From Burkholderiales bacterium (GTDB lineage Bacteria > Pseudomonadota > Gammaproteobacteria > Burkholderiales > SG8-41): 64,000 bases of DNA. The stretch lies in contig DATFWO010000234.1 of NCBI GenBank assembly GCA_035259205.1, positions 3,947 to 67,946 on the forward strand, in the 5' to 3' direction. A program made the translations under genes and the position numbers. Below, piece after piece: positions 9,090 through 18,334 of the stretch. How positions within the stretch are numbered: the first letter of the stretch is position 1; each line of letters opens with the position of its first letter. The notes beneath the pieces are model-generated. The model did not search any database. It was not told the origin of the DNA and saw nothing but the letters and a program-made list of their open reading frames with translations.

Positions 9090-10760
9090 CTACGCCTTCG
9101 CGTATTTGCTTGGATGGGAGCGGCGGATCGTCGGTGAGACCACCTTGTCCGACACGTGGAAGTCCCAGACTGCGGCGCCGCCGCGCTTGCCGAACTCTTC
9201 CACGAGCTTCGGCAGCTCGGCCACGTTCTTGACGGTCTTGCCCTCGATACCGAAGCCGCGCGCGATGCCCGCGAAATCGACGTAGCCGAACACCGACCCT
9301 TCCTCGGGCAACCCCTCCGAGCGGAGCTTGTGCACTTCCGAGCCGTAGGCGCCGTCGTTTATCACGATGATCAGAATGTTCATCTTGTGGCGCTTGATGG
9401 TCTCGAGCTCCTGCACGTGCATGATCAGGCTGCCGTCGCCGTCGAACAGCACCACCGGTTTATCCGGGCGGGCTGCCGCCACACCCATGCCGAAGGAGAT
9501 GCCGTTGCCGATCGCGCCGAACTCGCGGATGGTGAGGAACTTCTCGTTCGGGCGAGAAGGCATCTGCGCGAAGAACCACGAGCAGTGGCCCCCGGAGTTC
9601 ACGAGCTCCCAGTCCGGGGGCAGCGTTTTCTCGAGCCCCTCGACCACGTCGCGCGGATCGAGCAATCCCGGCTCGATCTGGAACACGTGGCTGTCGGCCT
9701 TCGTGTCGCGGATGCGCGCGGCCATCGCCTCGGTGCGCCACGTCTGGGTGCGCGCGGGCAGCGCCGCCGTCAGCGCCTCCACGCCCAGCCGCGCGTCGGC
9801 GCGCAGGTGGTGCTTCGCCACTTCCTGGCCCTGGCGCATCGCCCGGGGATCGACGTCGATGTGCAGCAGCTGCGCCTTCTTGAAGAGCTGGCCGCCGCCG
9901 CCGGCGTGGTAGGCGAGGGAATGGCCGACCGCGATGACGAGGTCGGCCTGTGCCAGGTACTCGAGCCCGACCTCGGTCGAGAAGCTCCCCGTGATACCGA
10001 TGCAGTAGAGGTCGTCGTGGAAGAGACCGCGCGCGGGCAGCGTCGTCGTGAGCAGTCCGCCGGTCTTGGCGGCGAGCGCGCGGCACGCGGGCCCCGCCTT
10101 GGCCTGGACCGCGCCCAGGCCGGCGAACACGACCACGCGCTCGGCGGAGGCCACGAGCTTGGCGGCCTTCGCCACGTCGTCCGGGTGCGGCGGAATCGGC
10201 GACAGGCGCGGCAGCAGTTGCGCCGAGGGCGTCGGCAGATTCTCCGGCCCGGTCCACGGCCGCTCCTGCAGGTCAAACGGTATACCGAGCACCACCGGGC
10301 GCCGCTCGCGGCGCGCCTGCAGGAACGCGTCGCGGATGCCGACCGGCATGCGCTCGGGCAGGTGCAGGGGATGATAGTCCGCGCCCGTCGCCTTGATGAT
10401 CGGCGCCTGGTCGATCCCCTGGTTGTACCAGCCCATCCGGAGCGGCGCCTCGCCGCCGAACACCACCAGCGGCAGGTGAGCGCGCACCGCCGCCGGGAGC
10501 GCTGTGATGAGCTGCGTGACGCCGGGCCCGCAGGTGACGGTCGCCACGCCCACTTCGCCCGTCTTGCGTGCGTAGGCCATCGCGGAGGCTACGGCGCAGT
10601 GCTCGTGCCTGACGAAGACCATGCGGCAACCGTGCTCACGCAGGCGCGCCGCCCAGTTCATGTTGGCATCGCCCATCAGCGTGAAGCAGGTGCGCACGCC
10701 TTCCTGGATGAAGGCCTTGGCAAGGACATCGTAGACATGCAGTTTGGCTTCGTTCGTCAC
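9090..10760 (-). CDS. thiamine diphosphate-binding enzyme (acetolactate synthase large subunit / benzoylformate decarboxylase superfamily)
   Basis: N-terminal pyrimidine-binding domain (VATVTCGPGVTQL). ThDP motif GDGSLIMHVQELET...IIVINDGAYG. GTG start at 10760 (Val36 of ORF 9090..10865) with a GGGGAG RBS. Confidence 0.85.
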   Translation of the reverse strand: MTNEAKLHVYDVLAKAFIQEGVRTCFTLMGDANMNWAARLREHGCRMVFVRHEHCAVASAMAYARKTGEVGVATVTCGPGVTQLITALPAAVRAHLPLVVFGGEAPLRMGWYNQGIDQAPIIKATGADYHPLHLPERMPVGIRDAFLQARRERRPVVLGIPFDLQERPWTGPENLPTPSAQLLPRLSPIPPHPDDVAKAAKLVASAERVVVFAGLGAVQAKAGPACRALAAKTGGLLTTTLPARGLFHDDLYCIGITGSFSTEVGLEYLAQADLVIAVGHSLAYHAGGGGQLFKKAQLLHIDVDPRAMRQGQEVAKHHLRADARLGVEALTAALPARTQTWRTEAMAARIRDTKADSHVFQIEPGLLDPRDVVEGLEKTLPPDWELVNSGGHCSWFFAQMPSRPNEKFLTIREFGAIGNGISFGMGVAAARPDKPVVLFDGDGSLIMHVQELETIKRHKMNILIIVINDGAYGSEVHKLRSEGLPEEGSVFGYVDFAGIARGFGIEGKTVKNVAELPKLVEEFGKRGGAAVWDFHVSDKVVSPTIRRSHPSKYAKA

Positions 10761-10900
10761 CGTTGAGCTCCCCAGGTTGGCATCCACTCCACGCACGCCG
10801 CCGGCGCGGGCGCTGGCATCGGAGAGGAGAGCGAACGAGTATAGGCAGGATATTGGGGGTGTCAACGGCGAGTGGGGGGGCGGTCACACCTCTGACACTA

Positions 10901-10913
10901 TCCAGATGCTGGA
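10901..10913. promoter_or_regulatory. perfect palindrome TCCAG-ATG-CTGGA upstream of the ThDP-enzyme gene; candidate operator
   Basis: A 5+3+5 palindrome read directly in the 175-nt gap between the ThDP gene start and the iclR stop. No binding data. Confidence 0.25.
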
Positions 10914-10934
10914 CAGCTAACCGCCGTTGGACGT

Positions 10935-11693
10935 TCAGTGACTGAAGGCCCGCGTGGCCTCTTTCAGATGCGCGATCATCTGCGCGCCATCGTTCGGATT
11001 GATCCGCTCCTCGCGCCCCATCACCGCCAGGACCGCGACCAGCTTCCCGACGGGACCGATCAGGGGAAAAGCGAGCGCACTCACCCCCGACATCAGGTGT
11101 CCGTGGTTGTGCGCGTAACCCTGTTCGCGGATGTGCCTGATCAGTTGCTTGATCGAGGCGGAATCGCGCGCGATGGCGTTCAGTCCGGTTCCTGCCTTCA
11201 CCGATGCCTTCAGGAGCGGCTCGGTGAAATGGCGGGGTAGGTATGCGGCGAACACCAGGCCCGACGCCGTCGCGAGCATCGGCAAGGTGGCGCCGATCCG
11301 CATCGTCATGATGATGGGCTGACTGCTTTCCTCGACGTGCACGATCGTCGGGCCCTGACCACCCCAGACGGACAGCACGAACGTTTCGTCGAAGCGATCG
11401 CGCAACTCGCGTTGGAGCTGGATAGCTTCACGCAGCGGCTGATAGCTACTGAGCGCCGCCAGCCCGAGCCGCATCGCGAGCGGGCCAAGAGAATAGCGGC
11501 GGGTTCCCGGGTCCTGCGACGCAAGACCGCTTGCCACGAAGCTTGCCAGGTAGCGATGGACCTTGCCGGGCGACATGCGCCCTCCCGTCGCCAGCTCCCG
11601 CAGCGCCACCGGCTCCTGAGCGCGTGCGAGCACCTCGAGAATCCGACCAGCGGTCTCGACCGCCTTGACTCCGGAGGGTTGGTGTTTCTGCAC
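10935..11693 (-). CDS. IclR family transcriptional regulator
   Basis: N-terminal wHTH (VKAVETAGRILEVLARAQEPVALRELATGGRMSPGKVHRYLASFVASGL) plus an IclR effector domain. The GTG start at 11693 is preferred because codons upstream have low GC3. The alternative ATG at 11822 would give 295 aa. Confidence 0.8.
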   Translation of the reverse strand: MQKHQPSGVKAVETAGRILEVLARAQEPVALRELATGGRMSPGKVHRYLASFVASGLASQDPGTRRYSLGPLAMRLGLAALSSYQPLREAIQLQRELRDRFDETFVLSVWGGQGPTIVHVEESSQPIIMTMRIGATLPMLATASGLVFAAYLPRHFTEPLLKASVKAGTGLNAIARDSASIKQLIRHIREQGYAHNHGHLMSGVSALAFPLIGPVGKLVAVLAVMGREERINPNDGAQMIAHLKEATRAFSH

Positions 11694-11928
11694 GCGTCGC
11701 CCGGTTCCGTCATGACCCGATATCCGACCGCAGGGATCATATCCCAGTGTTCCGCTTTCCGGAACGGCTTCCGGCGAAAGTGCTGGTGACACGAGACAAC
11801 CGTCGGTTAGTCTGACGAGCATCAAGCGTTTGCTGCCGGCAATCCAGGCGGCATTCGCTGCAAAGGGAGCGCGCTTCCCGATGGCTTGCAACAAGGACGT
11901 TCCGGACCGGAAGGAGCTGGGGCTCTTG

Positions 11929-12993
11929 ATGAATGACCTTCCAACATTCAAAGCGGCGGCCGTGCAGGCCGCTCCATGCTTCCTCGATGGTCCCGCCACG
12001 ATCGCGAAAGCGTGCCGACTCGTTGCGGAGGCAGCCGCCAACGGCGCCAGGCTCGTCGTGTTTCCTGAAGTCTTCGTTCCGGGCTACCCCTACTGGAACT
12101 GGTGTATGTCCCCGCTCGAAGGCAGCGCCCGGTTCCGCCGTCTCTGCTTAAGCGCCATCGAGATCACCGGTGGGGAAATCGAAGCATTGTGCGCGGCGGC
12201 GCGCTCCGCCCGCGCCTACGTTGTCATCGGGATCAACGAGCGCAGCGCGCACAGCCTCGGTACGCTCTACAACACCAATGTCCTCATCTCCCCCCAGGGA
12301 GTATTGACGGGACGCCACCGCAAGCTCGTGCCGACTTTCGCAGAGAAGCTGACCTGGGCGGGCGGTGACGGCAGCACCCTTCGCGTCTACGAAACCGAGC
12401 TCGGCCGCCTCGGCATGCTGGCCTGCGGAGAAAACACGAACAGCCTCGCGCGCTTCACGCTCCTCGCCCAGGGTGAGCTCGTCCATATCGCAAACTACAT
12501 CGCCTTTCCCTTCGTCGAGAAGTACGACATGGCGGCTGCGATCCAGATCCGGGCCGCGGCCCATTCACTGGAGGGCAAGGTCTTCACGATCGCGTCGTGC
12601 TCGGCGATGTCGCAGGAGATCATCGAGGCCGTCGCGGTCGATGAGAGGATGCGCAAGATGCTGTCCGGAAAACCAAACGCGTTTTCCGGAATATTCGGCC
12701 CGGACGGCCGCCTGCTGACGCCTCCGCTCATTGACGAAGAGGGCATCGTCTACGCGGAGATCGAACTCAACCGGTGCATCGAGCCCAGGCAATTTCACGA
12801 CATCGTCGGCGGTTACAACCGGTTCGACATCTTCAGCCTGAGCGTTGACCGGACCGCGCGGTCGCCGGCCTATTTCGACGAAGGCCGGACGCCCGGCCCG
12901 CAAGCCGGTCCAGCGACGAGACGGATCGGCGAGCTCGGCGGTGCGGCTGCTGAAGACATGGTCTGCGGAGCAGGCCAGTTGCCGATGGATTAG
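11929..12993 (+). CDS. nitrilase-family carbon-nitrogen hydrolase
   Basis: Glu-Lys-Cys triad context: VVFPEVFVPGYPYW, GRHRKLVPT, and GMLACGENTN. Met34 of ORF 11830..12993, with an AGGAG RBS. Confidence 0.85.
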   Translation: MNDLPTFKAAAVQAAPCFLDGPATIAKACRLVAEAAANGARLVVFPEVFVPGYPYWNWCMSPLEGSARFRRLCLSAIEITGGEIEALCAAARSARAYVVIGINERSAHSLGTLYNTNVLISPQGVLTGRHRKLVPTFAEKLTWAGGDGSTLRVYETELGRLGMLACGENTNSLARFTLLAQGELVHIANYIAFPFVEKYDMAAAIQIRAAAHSLEGKVFTIASCSAMSQEIIEAVAVDERMRKMLSGKPNAFSGIFGPDGRLLTPPLIDEEGIVYAEIELNRCIEPRQFHDIVGGYNRFDIFSLSVDRTARSPAYFDEGRTPGPQAGPATRRIGELGGAAAEDMVCGAGQLPMD

Positions 12994-13013
12994 TGAAAGC
13001 GAGGAGAAGCGAC

Positions 13014-14705
13014 ATGACCACAGCACTCCCTCTGCCCGCCATTTCAAATTCCACTGCAGGCAAGATGAGCGAGGTCAAATTCGTCATCTTTGCCTCGTCA
13101 CTGGGGACGACCTTCGAGTGGTACGACTTCTACCTTTATGCCGTACTGGCGCCGTTCTTTGCGTCGCTGATCTTCCCGCCGGGCAACGACACGGCTGCGC
13201 TCCTCTCCGCTTTCGCCACCTATGCGGCAGGCTTCGTCGTGCGCCCATTCGGGTCGCTGGTCTTCGGAAGGATCGGAGACGTGGTCGGTCGCAAGTACAC
13301 CTTCCTGGTGACCATCGTGGTCATGGGCGCATCGACCTTCCTGGTCGGCCTCCTGCCCACCTACGCGGCCATCGGCTGGATCTCGCCGGCGTTGCTGGTG
13401 ACGCTGCGGCTCCTGCAGGGCCTCGCGGTTGGCGGTGAATACGGCGGCGCCGCAACCTATGTCGCCGAGCATGCGCCCTCCGGCGAGCGGGGTTATGCAA
13501 CGAGCTGGATACAGACGACCGGCACGATCGGATTGGCGGTCGCGCTCCTCGTCATCATGTTCTGCCGGGAAGTCATGGACGCCAGGGCATTCTCTGAATG
13601 GGGTTGGCGAATCCCGTTCCTGGTGTCCAGCGTTCTGCTGGTGTTCTCGGTCTATATCCGGCTCAGGCTGGATGAATCGCCCGTGTTCCGCCAGATGAAG
13701 GAGGCCGGCAAGGCCTCCAAGGCGCCGCTGACGGAGAGCTTCCTGCGGTTTCCCAACGCGAAGTATGTGCTGCTGGCGCTCTTCGGCATCACGGCCGGCA
13801 TGGGCGTAGTCTGGTATACGGGCCAGTTTTACGCGTTGCTCTTTCTGACGATCACGCTGAAGGTGAGCTACTTCCATGCCTACCTCCTGATCCTTGGAGC
13901 GCTGGTCGTCGGTGCGCCGTTCTACGTCCTGTTCGGCAGGCTCTCCGATCGTATCGGCCGCCTGAAGCTCATGCTCGCCGGCTGCGTGCTCGCTGCCCTG
14001 ACGTATTTCCCGCTGTTCGCTTCGCTGACGCACTACACGAACCCCGACCTCGAAGCGTTCTCGCAGCGATATCCGGTTACCATTACCGCCGACGTCTCGA
14101 CCTGCAAGCTGCACGTTTTCGTCACCGCATTCACCAGGTTCTCCAACTGCGACCGCGCACGGGATCTGGTTACCAAGCTTGGCGTGTCATTCCAGACGAT
14201 CAACATCCCGAATTCGGGCGACAACGTGGGCTTGAGGATAGGCTCGATCTCCGTTGAAGGCTTCGATGCCGGCAAGTGGAACGCAGCATTCCTGGAGGCG
14301 GCGTACCCGAACCTGCAGCGAGACAAGGATGGGAAAGTTGTGGTCAAGCCCGCCGACACGTCCAGGATAAACTGGCTCATGGCCGAAGCTATCCTGATCG
14401 TCATGGTCATCTACGCCGCCATGGTCTACGGTCCCGTCGCCGCGTTCCTGGTCGAGCTGTTTCCCACACGAATTCGCTACACGTCGATGTCGCTGCCTTA
14501 TCACATCGGTGCCGGCGTCTTCGGCGGCATGCTGCCCCTGCTGGCGATCGCGATCGTGGCTGCCACTGGCAACATCTACAACGGACTCTGGTATCCGATT
14601 CTGGTCGCCCTCATGACCGCGGCAGTCGGCGGCTTGCTCTTGCGCGACACAAAGGATATCGACATCAGCATGGGATCGGGCGTCGAGGCAGGACCGGGGA
14701 AGTGA
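13014..14705 (+). CDS. MFS transporter, metabolite:H+ symporter (MHS) family, with a roughly 115-aa insertion in loop 9-10
   Basis: EWYDFYLY.., RPFGSLVFGRIGDVVGRK, and LQGLAVGGEYGGA signatures. 12 predicted TM segments. GAGGAG RBS before the ATG at 13014. Confidence 0.85.
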   Translation: MTTALPLPAISNSTAGKMSEVKFVIFASSLGTTFEWYDFYLYAVLAPFFASLIFPPGNDTAALLSAFATYAAGFVVRPFGSLVFGRIGDVVGRKYTFLVTIVVMGASTFLVGLLPTYAAIGWISPALLVTLRLLQGLAVGGEYGGAATYVAEHAPSGERGYATSWIQTTGTIGLAVALLVIMFCREVMDARAFSEWGWRIPFLVSSVLLVFSVYIRLRLDESPVFRQMKEAGKASKAPLTESFLRFPNAKYVLLALFGITAGMGVVWYTGQFYALLFLTITLKVSYFHAYLLILGALVVGAPFYVLFGRLSDRIGRLKLMLAGCVLAALTYFPLFASLTHYTNPDLEAFSQRYPVTITADVSTCKLHVFVTAFTRFSNCDRARDLVTKLGVSFQTINIPNSGDNVGLRIGSISVEGFDAGKWNAAFLEAAYPNLQRDKDGKVVVKPADTSRINWLMAEAILIVMVIYAAMVYGPVAAFLVELFPTRIRYTSMSLPYHIGAGVFGGMLPLLAIAIVAATGNIYNGLWYPILVALMTAAVGGLLLRDTKDIDISMGSGVEAGPGK

Positions 14706-14786
14706 TGCGACGGCGGCTCGCTGTGCGACCGTAGAGAAAGTGGCCGCGTCTCTCTGCGCCGTGCGAGCGTCCCACTGTACGGCAAG

Positions 14787-14812
14787 GGGAGCAGCCCGCA
14801 AAGGCTGCTCCC
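14787..14812. terminator. perfect 10-bp GC-rich hairpin (GGGAGCAGCC-cgcaaa-GGCTGCTCCC) without a U-tract
   Basis: Read directly, 82 nt downstream of the MFS stop and just 3' of the Hsp20-like relic on the other strand. Lacking a T-run, it could be a weak bidirectional terminator or an RNA-stability element. Confidence 0.35.
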
Positions 14813-14836
14813 AATCTCAGTAACTCTGCCTCGGTA

Positions 14837-15034
14837 AACTTCGAGGCGTTTTCTGCAGGCGGGATCGGCCGACGCCTTCGGCAGCACGAGTTCCCGCACG
14901 CTGTCGGCGTACTTGGCCTGTGCCCTGGCTTGGTCGATATCCTGCGGCAGTGAGAACGACCGACACAGCTCGCCGTAGGAAATCTGGACTCTGGATTGGC
15001 TAAAATCGCCTTCCTTGGGTGAGAGCCCGGATTC
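14837..15034 (-). pseudogene. possible relic of an Hsp20/alpha-crystallin gene (C-terminal part only)
   Basis: One frame of the spurious ORF 14576..16531 reads ..ISYGELCRSFSLPQDIDQARAQAKYADSVRELVLPKASA..KRLEV. This matches the Hsp20 pattern Y/R-G-x-F-x-R-S-F-x-L-P-x-x-V/I-D..A.Y..GVL.L.LPK. There is no start, and the upstream part is overlapped by the OCD gene. Confidence 0.3.
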
Positions 15035-15052
15035 GACTCGTGTGGAGACCTC

Positions 15053-16042
15053 ATGGCGGTGATGCTGGGCTACGAAGCATTGAGCGGCGCGCTGCAGATG
15101 CGGGAAGCGATCGATCTGCTGGAACGCGCATTTGCGCACGAGTTCGCGGGTGCGACGGTGGTATCGCCCAAGTTCGTGACGGACTTTCAAAGCGGTTCCA
15201 TGCGCATCCTCTTCGCGACGGACGAGAAGGCGGGTTACGCCGCAGTGAAGGCATACCATTCGGTAAAAGGGGCGGGCACGCGCTACGTCGTTTCGCTGTA
15301 CAGCCTCAAGGACGGGCAGCTGCTCGCTTTGCTCGACGGGCAGATCATCACCGATCTGCGCACCGGCGCGTGTTCCGGCGTGATCGCCCGAAAGGTGCCG
15401 ATTCCCGGGCCAGTGTCTGTGGGCGTGATCGGTTCGGGCAACCAGGCGCGCGCGCAGCTTGCATGTCTCGCTGCGGTCTATCGGCTGGGCGCCGTGAGCG
15501 TTTATAGTCCGACCGCGGAGCACCGCGAATTGTTCGCCCGGGACATGTCGAAATCGCTGGGCATGACGGTAACGCCTGCAGACTCGGTTGAGACTGCCGT
15601 GCGCGGAAAGCACGTGGTGGCGTCGGCCAGCAATGCGCGCGGCGCCGAGCCGATCCTGCGCGGCGAGTGGCTCGCCGGATGCCGGCTCCTCTGCGCAGTC
15701 GGCAATACGCGCAAGCAATTCCGTGAAGTGGATGTCGATTGTTTCCGCCAGGCCGCCCTGGTTGCAGTCGATACTCCGCACGCGCTCGAAGAGGCCGGCG
15801 AGTTGCGAAAGGCTCTGCGCACCGGGGCGCTGCCGGAGGACAAACGTGCGACCCTCGGGCAAATCGTGAGCGGCGCCACGCGCGTGCCGAGCGAGGGCTT
15901 GATAGTGTTCAAGTCGGTCGGTTCGGCGTTGCAGGACCTCGCGCTCGCGTCGCGCTACTACGAGATGCTGGGGAGTAGAGTCGGTTTGCAGCAAGGTAAC
16001 GATGTAGGACGGCTCAAACAGCGCCCGTGGACTCTGGTATAA
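15053..16042 (+). CDS. ornithine cyclodeaminase/mu-crystallin family protein
   Basis: 329 aa. ITDLRTGACSGVIARK and VGVIGSGNQARAQL (NAD-binding) motifs. Confidence 0.85.
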   Translation: MAVMLGYEALSGALQMREAIDLLERAFAHEFAGATVVSPKFVTDFQSGSMRILFATDEKAGYAAVKAYHSVKGAGTRYVVSLYSLKDGQLLALLDGQIITDLRTGACSGVIARKVPIPGPVSVGVIGSGNQARAQLACLAAVYRLGAVSVYSPTAEHRELFARDMSKSLGMTVTPADSVETAVRGKHVVASASNARGAEPILRGEWLAGCRLLCAVGNTRKQFREVDVDCFRQAALVAVDTPHALEEAGELRKALRTGALPEDKRATLGQIVSGATRVPSEGLIVFKSVGSALQDLALASRYYEMLGSRVGLQQGNDVGRLKQRPWTLV

Positions 16043-16075
16043 CGATCGAAAATCACCCTTCCAAGGAGCACCCGC

Positions 16076-16495
16076 ATGGCCCGTATTCAGCATCTCGCAA
16101 TCGCCAGCCTGAATCCTGAAAAGCAGGCGGAGTTCTACAAAAAGGTGTTCGGCTTCGAGGAAGTGCGGCGGCTCGACAACCCGCGCGCCCGCGGCGTGGT
16201 CCTGACCGACGGTCACATCAACATTTCCGTATTGCAGTTCCGCCAGGACCAGATCGATCATGGGCTGGACTTCACCGGCCTCCACCACTTCGGCGTGTAC
16301 GTCGAAGACCTGGAGGGCACCGCGAAAAAGTGCCTGGAGTCGGGCTGCGTGCCCTACGACGAGCTGCCCGAGGATCCCGGTGAAAAGGCTACGAACTACC
16401 GGCCCAAGCGGTCGGACAAGTTCAAGGGGCCGGAAAACGCCCTGTTCGACATCGCCGACCATCCCTGGATCGGGACCGCGCCCGTGAAGAAGTAG
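16076..16495 (+). CDS. VOC (glyoxalase/bleomycin resistance/dioxygenase) family protein
   Basis: 139 aa. IQHLAIASLNPEKQAEFYKKVFGFEEV and GLHHFGVYVEDLE are typical of a single VOC module. Confidence 0.8.
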   Translation: MARIQHLAIASLNPEKQAEFYKKVFGFEEVRRLDNPRARGVVLTDGHINISVLQFRQDQIDHGLDFTGLHHFGVYVEDLEGTAKKCLESGCVPYDELPEDPGEKATNYRPKRSDKFKGPENALFDIADHPWIGTAPVKK

Positions 16496-16523
16496 CCGGC
16501 CGCGACGCGTGGCGAGGAAGACA

Positions 16524-17318
16524 ATGCGCATCTGGGTGCAGGTATTCTCGTCACGCGAGCGGAATCCGAATTTTCACGCCGCTCTCGAGGAGCACCTGCG
16601 TTCGATCGCGGACCCGGGCGTCGAGATCGAGGTCCATGGCACGCGCAAGGGCGGCCTCGGCGAGCAGTTCCGCTTCTTCCAGGCGATCGATACGCCGGAC
16701 ATCATCGAGAACATCCTGAAGTGCAGGGAAGCGAAGGGCGAAAAGCGGTACGACGCCTTCGTGTCGCTCAATTCCACCGATCCCGCGCTCGTCGAGGCGC
16801 GCGAGATACTCGAGATCCCAGTCCTCGGCTTCCTGGAGACCACGGCTCTCGTCTCGTGCATGATGGGACGGACGTTCTCGCTCATCACGCCCAATCCCAA
16901 GTTCGCTCTTTCGTACAGGCAGAAGATCGAGCTCTATGGTTTGAGCCAGCGCCTGACTTCCATCGAAGCGATGAATATTCCCCATCTGCCGGACTACCGG
17001 CAGGCCTTTGTCGATCCCGCGGCGCACCAGCGCGTAATGTACGAGTTCGACAGTGCCGCGCGGCGGGCGGTGGCTGCCGGCGCGGAAGTGATCATCCCGT
17101 GCGGGTCGCATGCCGTGCTCCAGGCGCGCCGGGGCTTGAGGGACATCGACGGGGCGCTGATCGTCGACGGCCTCGGCATCCTGCTCAAGATGGCCGAGAC
17201 GGCGGTGAGGATCCAGCAATTCATGGGGACCTTCGTCAGCAGGAAGATGCTCTACCAGATGCCGGGCGAAGTTGTGCGCGAAAGAGCGAAGCAGGACTAC
17301 GGGATCGATCTGTCGTGA
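16524..17318 (+). CDS. Asp/Glu/hydantoin racemase superfamily protein
   Basis: Met6 of ORF 16509..17318, with a GAGGAAG RBS. Two-lobed pattern with ..SLNSTDPALVEAREILEIPVLGF.. and ..AEVIIPCGSHAVL.. resembling hydantoin racemase/arylmalonate decarboxylase folds. Assignment is from memory only. Confidence 0.6.
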   Translation: MRIWVQVFSSRERNPNFHAALEEHLRSIADPGVEIEVHGTRKGGLGEQFRFFQAIDTPDIIENILKCREAKGEKRYDAFVSLNSTDPALVEAREILEIPVLGFLETTALVSCMMGRTFSLITPNPKFALSYRQKIELYGLSQRLTSIEAMNIPHLPDYRQAFVDPAAHQRVMYEFDSAARRAVAAGAEVIIPCGSHAVLQARRGLRDIDGALIVDGLGILLKMAETAVRIQQFMGTFVSRKMLYQMPGEVVRERAKQDYGIDLS

Positions 17319-18310
17319 CCGCGGCTGGGCCTCCTGCGGCAGCCTGGAGGAGGGCGGCGGTGCTTGCGGCGTGCCTGGTGGCCGCTCGCGGAGCCTGCGC
17401 TCAGGACTTCCCCCGCAAGCCGATCCGCCTCGTCACCGAGCTCGCCGCCGGCACCGGGGGCGACGCGTACCTGCGCCAGCTACTGCCTGCCCTTGCGGCC
17501 GCTATCGGCCAGACCGTGATCGTGGACAACCGCCCGGGCGCAGGCGGAGCGGTCGCGACCGAGGTCGTAGCCCGCTCCGCACCCGACGGCTACACCCTGC
17601 TCGCGGCGACGCAGAACGCGTTGATCATGCGCACGTTCCTGTCGACGGCAAAGAGCATAGACGTGTTCAAGGACCTCGTCGCGATCACGCAGCTCTGGAA
17701 GGCGACGACGCTCATCGTGGCTGGCCCGAGCCTGCCGGTGAAATCGCTTTCCCAACTGATCGACTACGCGAAAGCGAACCCAGGCAAGGTGTCCTACGGC
17801 ACGTCCGGGTTCGGGACCTCTCATCACTTTACGGGCGAAGAGATCCAGCAACTCACGGGCTCCCGGCTGGTGCACGTGCCGTATAAAGGAGGCGCGGGAT
17901 CGATGCAGGCGGCAATGACCGGGGAGGTCGATATCGCCATCGGCTTTGCCGCAACGGCGCTGCCGGTAATACGTGCCGGCAAAGTCAGAGTGCTGGCCGT
18001 GGTCGAGGGCAAACCCTTTGCCGCGATGCCCGATGTTGCGGCCGCAGCGGATGTCATCCCCGGCTTCGAGCCGCCGCCATCCTGGCTCGGTGTCTTCGGG
18101 CCGGCCGCGCTGCCGCAGCGACTGGTCGACCAGTTGAGCGGCCAGATCGTGAACGCGCTCCAGGCGCCGGCCGTGCACGTGAAAAGCGGCGAGGAGGGGC
18201 TCGAGCTCGTAGGCAATTCGGCACAGGAGTTCCTGGCGCAGATCAGGAAGCAGCACGAGCTCATCGGCCGGATTGCCAAGGCGGCCAACATCCGGCCGAC
18301 CGATCAGTAA
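17315..18310 (+). CDS. Bug family tripartite tricarboxylate transporter (TTT) substrate-binding protein
   Basis: GTG at 17315 overlaps the upstream stop (GTGA). Signal peptide, then FPRKPIRLV..., DNRPGAGG, APDGYTLL, and YKGGAGSMQA motifs. Confidence 0.85.
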   Translation: MTAAGPPAAAWRRAAVLAACLVAARGACAQDFPRKPIRLVTELAAGTGGDAYLRQLLPALAAAIGQTVIVDNRPGAGGAVATEVVARSAPDGYTLLAATQNALIMRTFLSTAKSIDVFKDLVAITQLWKATTLIVAGPSLPVKSLSQLIDYAKANPGKVSYGTSGFGTSHHFTGEEIQQLTGSRLVHVPYKGGAGSMQAAMTGEVDIAIGFAATALPVIRAGKVRVLAVVEGKPFAAMPDVAAAADVIPGFEPPPSWLGVFGPAALPQRLVDQLSGQIVNALQAPAVHVKSGEEGLELVGNSAQEFLAQIRKQHELIGRIAKAANIRPTDQ

Positions 18311-18334
18311 AAGCTACTCCCTGATGCCGGCGTC

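Noticed and set aside
10897-10905. ACTATCCAG, the first 9 nt of the 17-nt arm of the 39-nt element, also occurs upstream of the ThDP-enzyme gene and is followed by AACCG.
   Set aside because: The spacing to AACCG is 13 nt versus 22 nt, and the rest of the arm differs. It is more simply explained as part of the local TCCAG-ATG-CTGGA palindrome. It is probably unrelated to the LysR-associated element.
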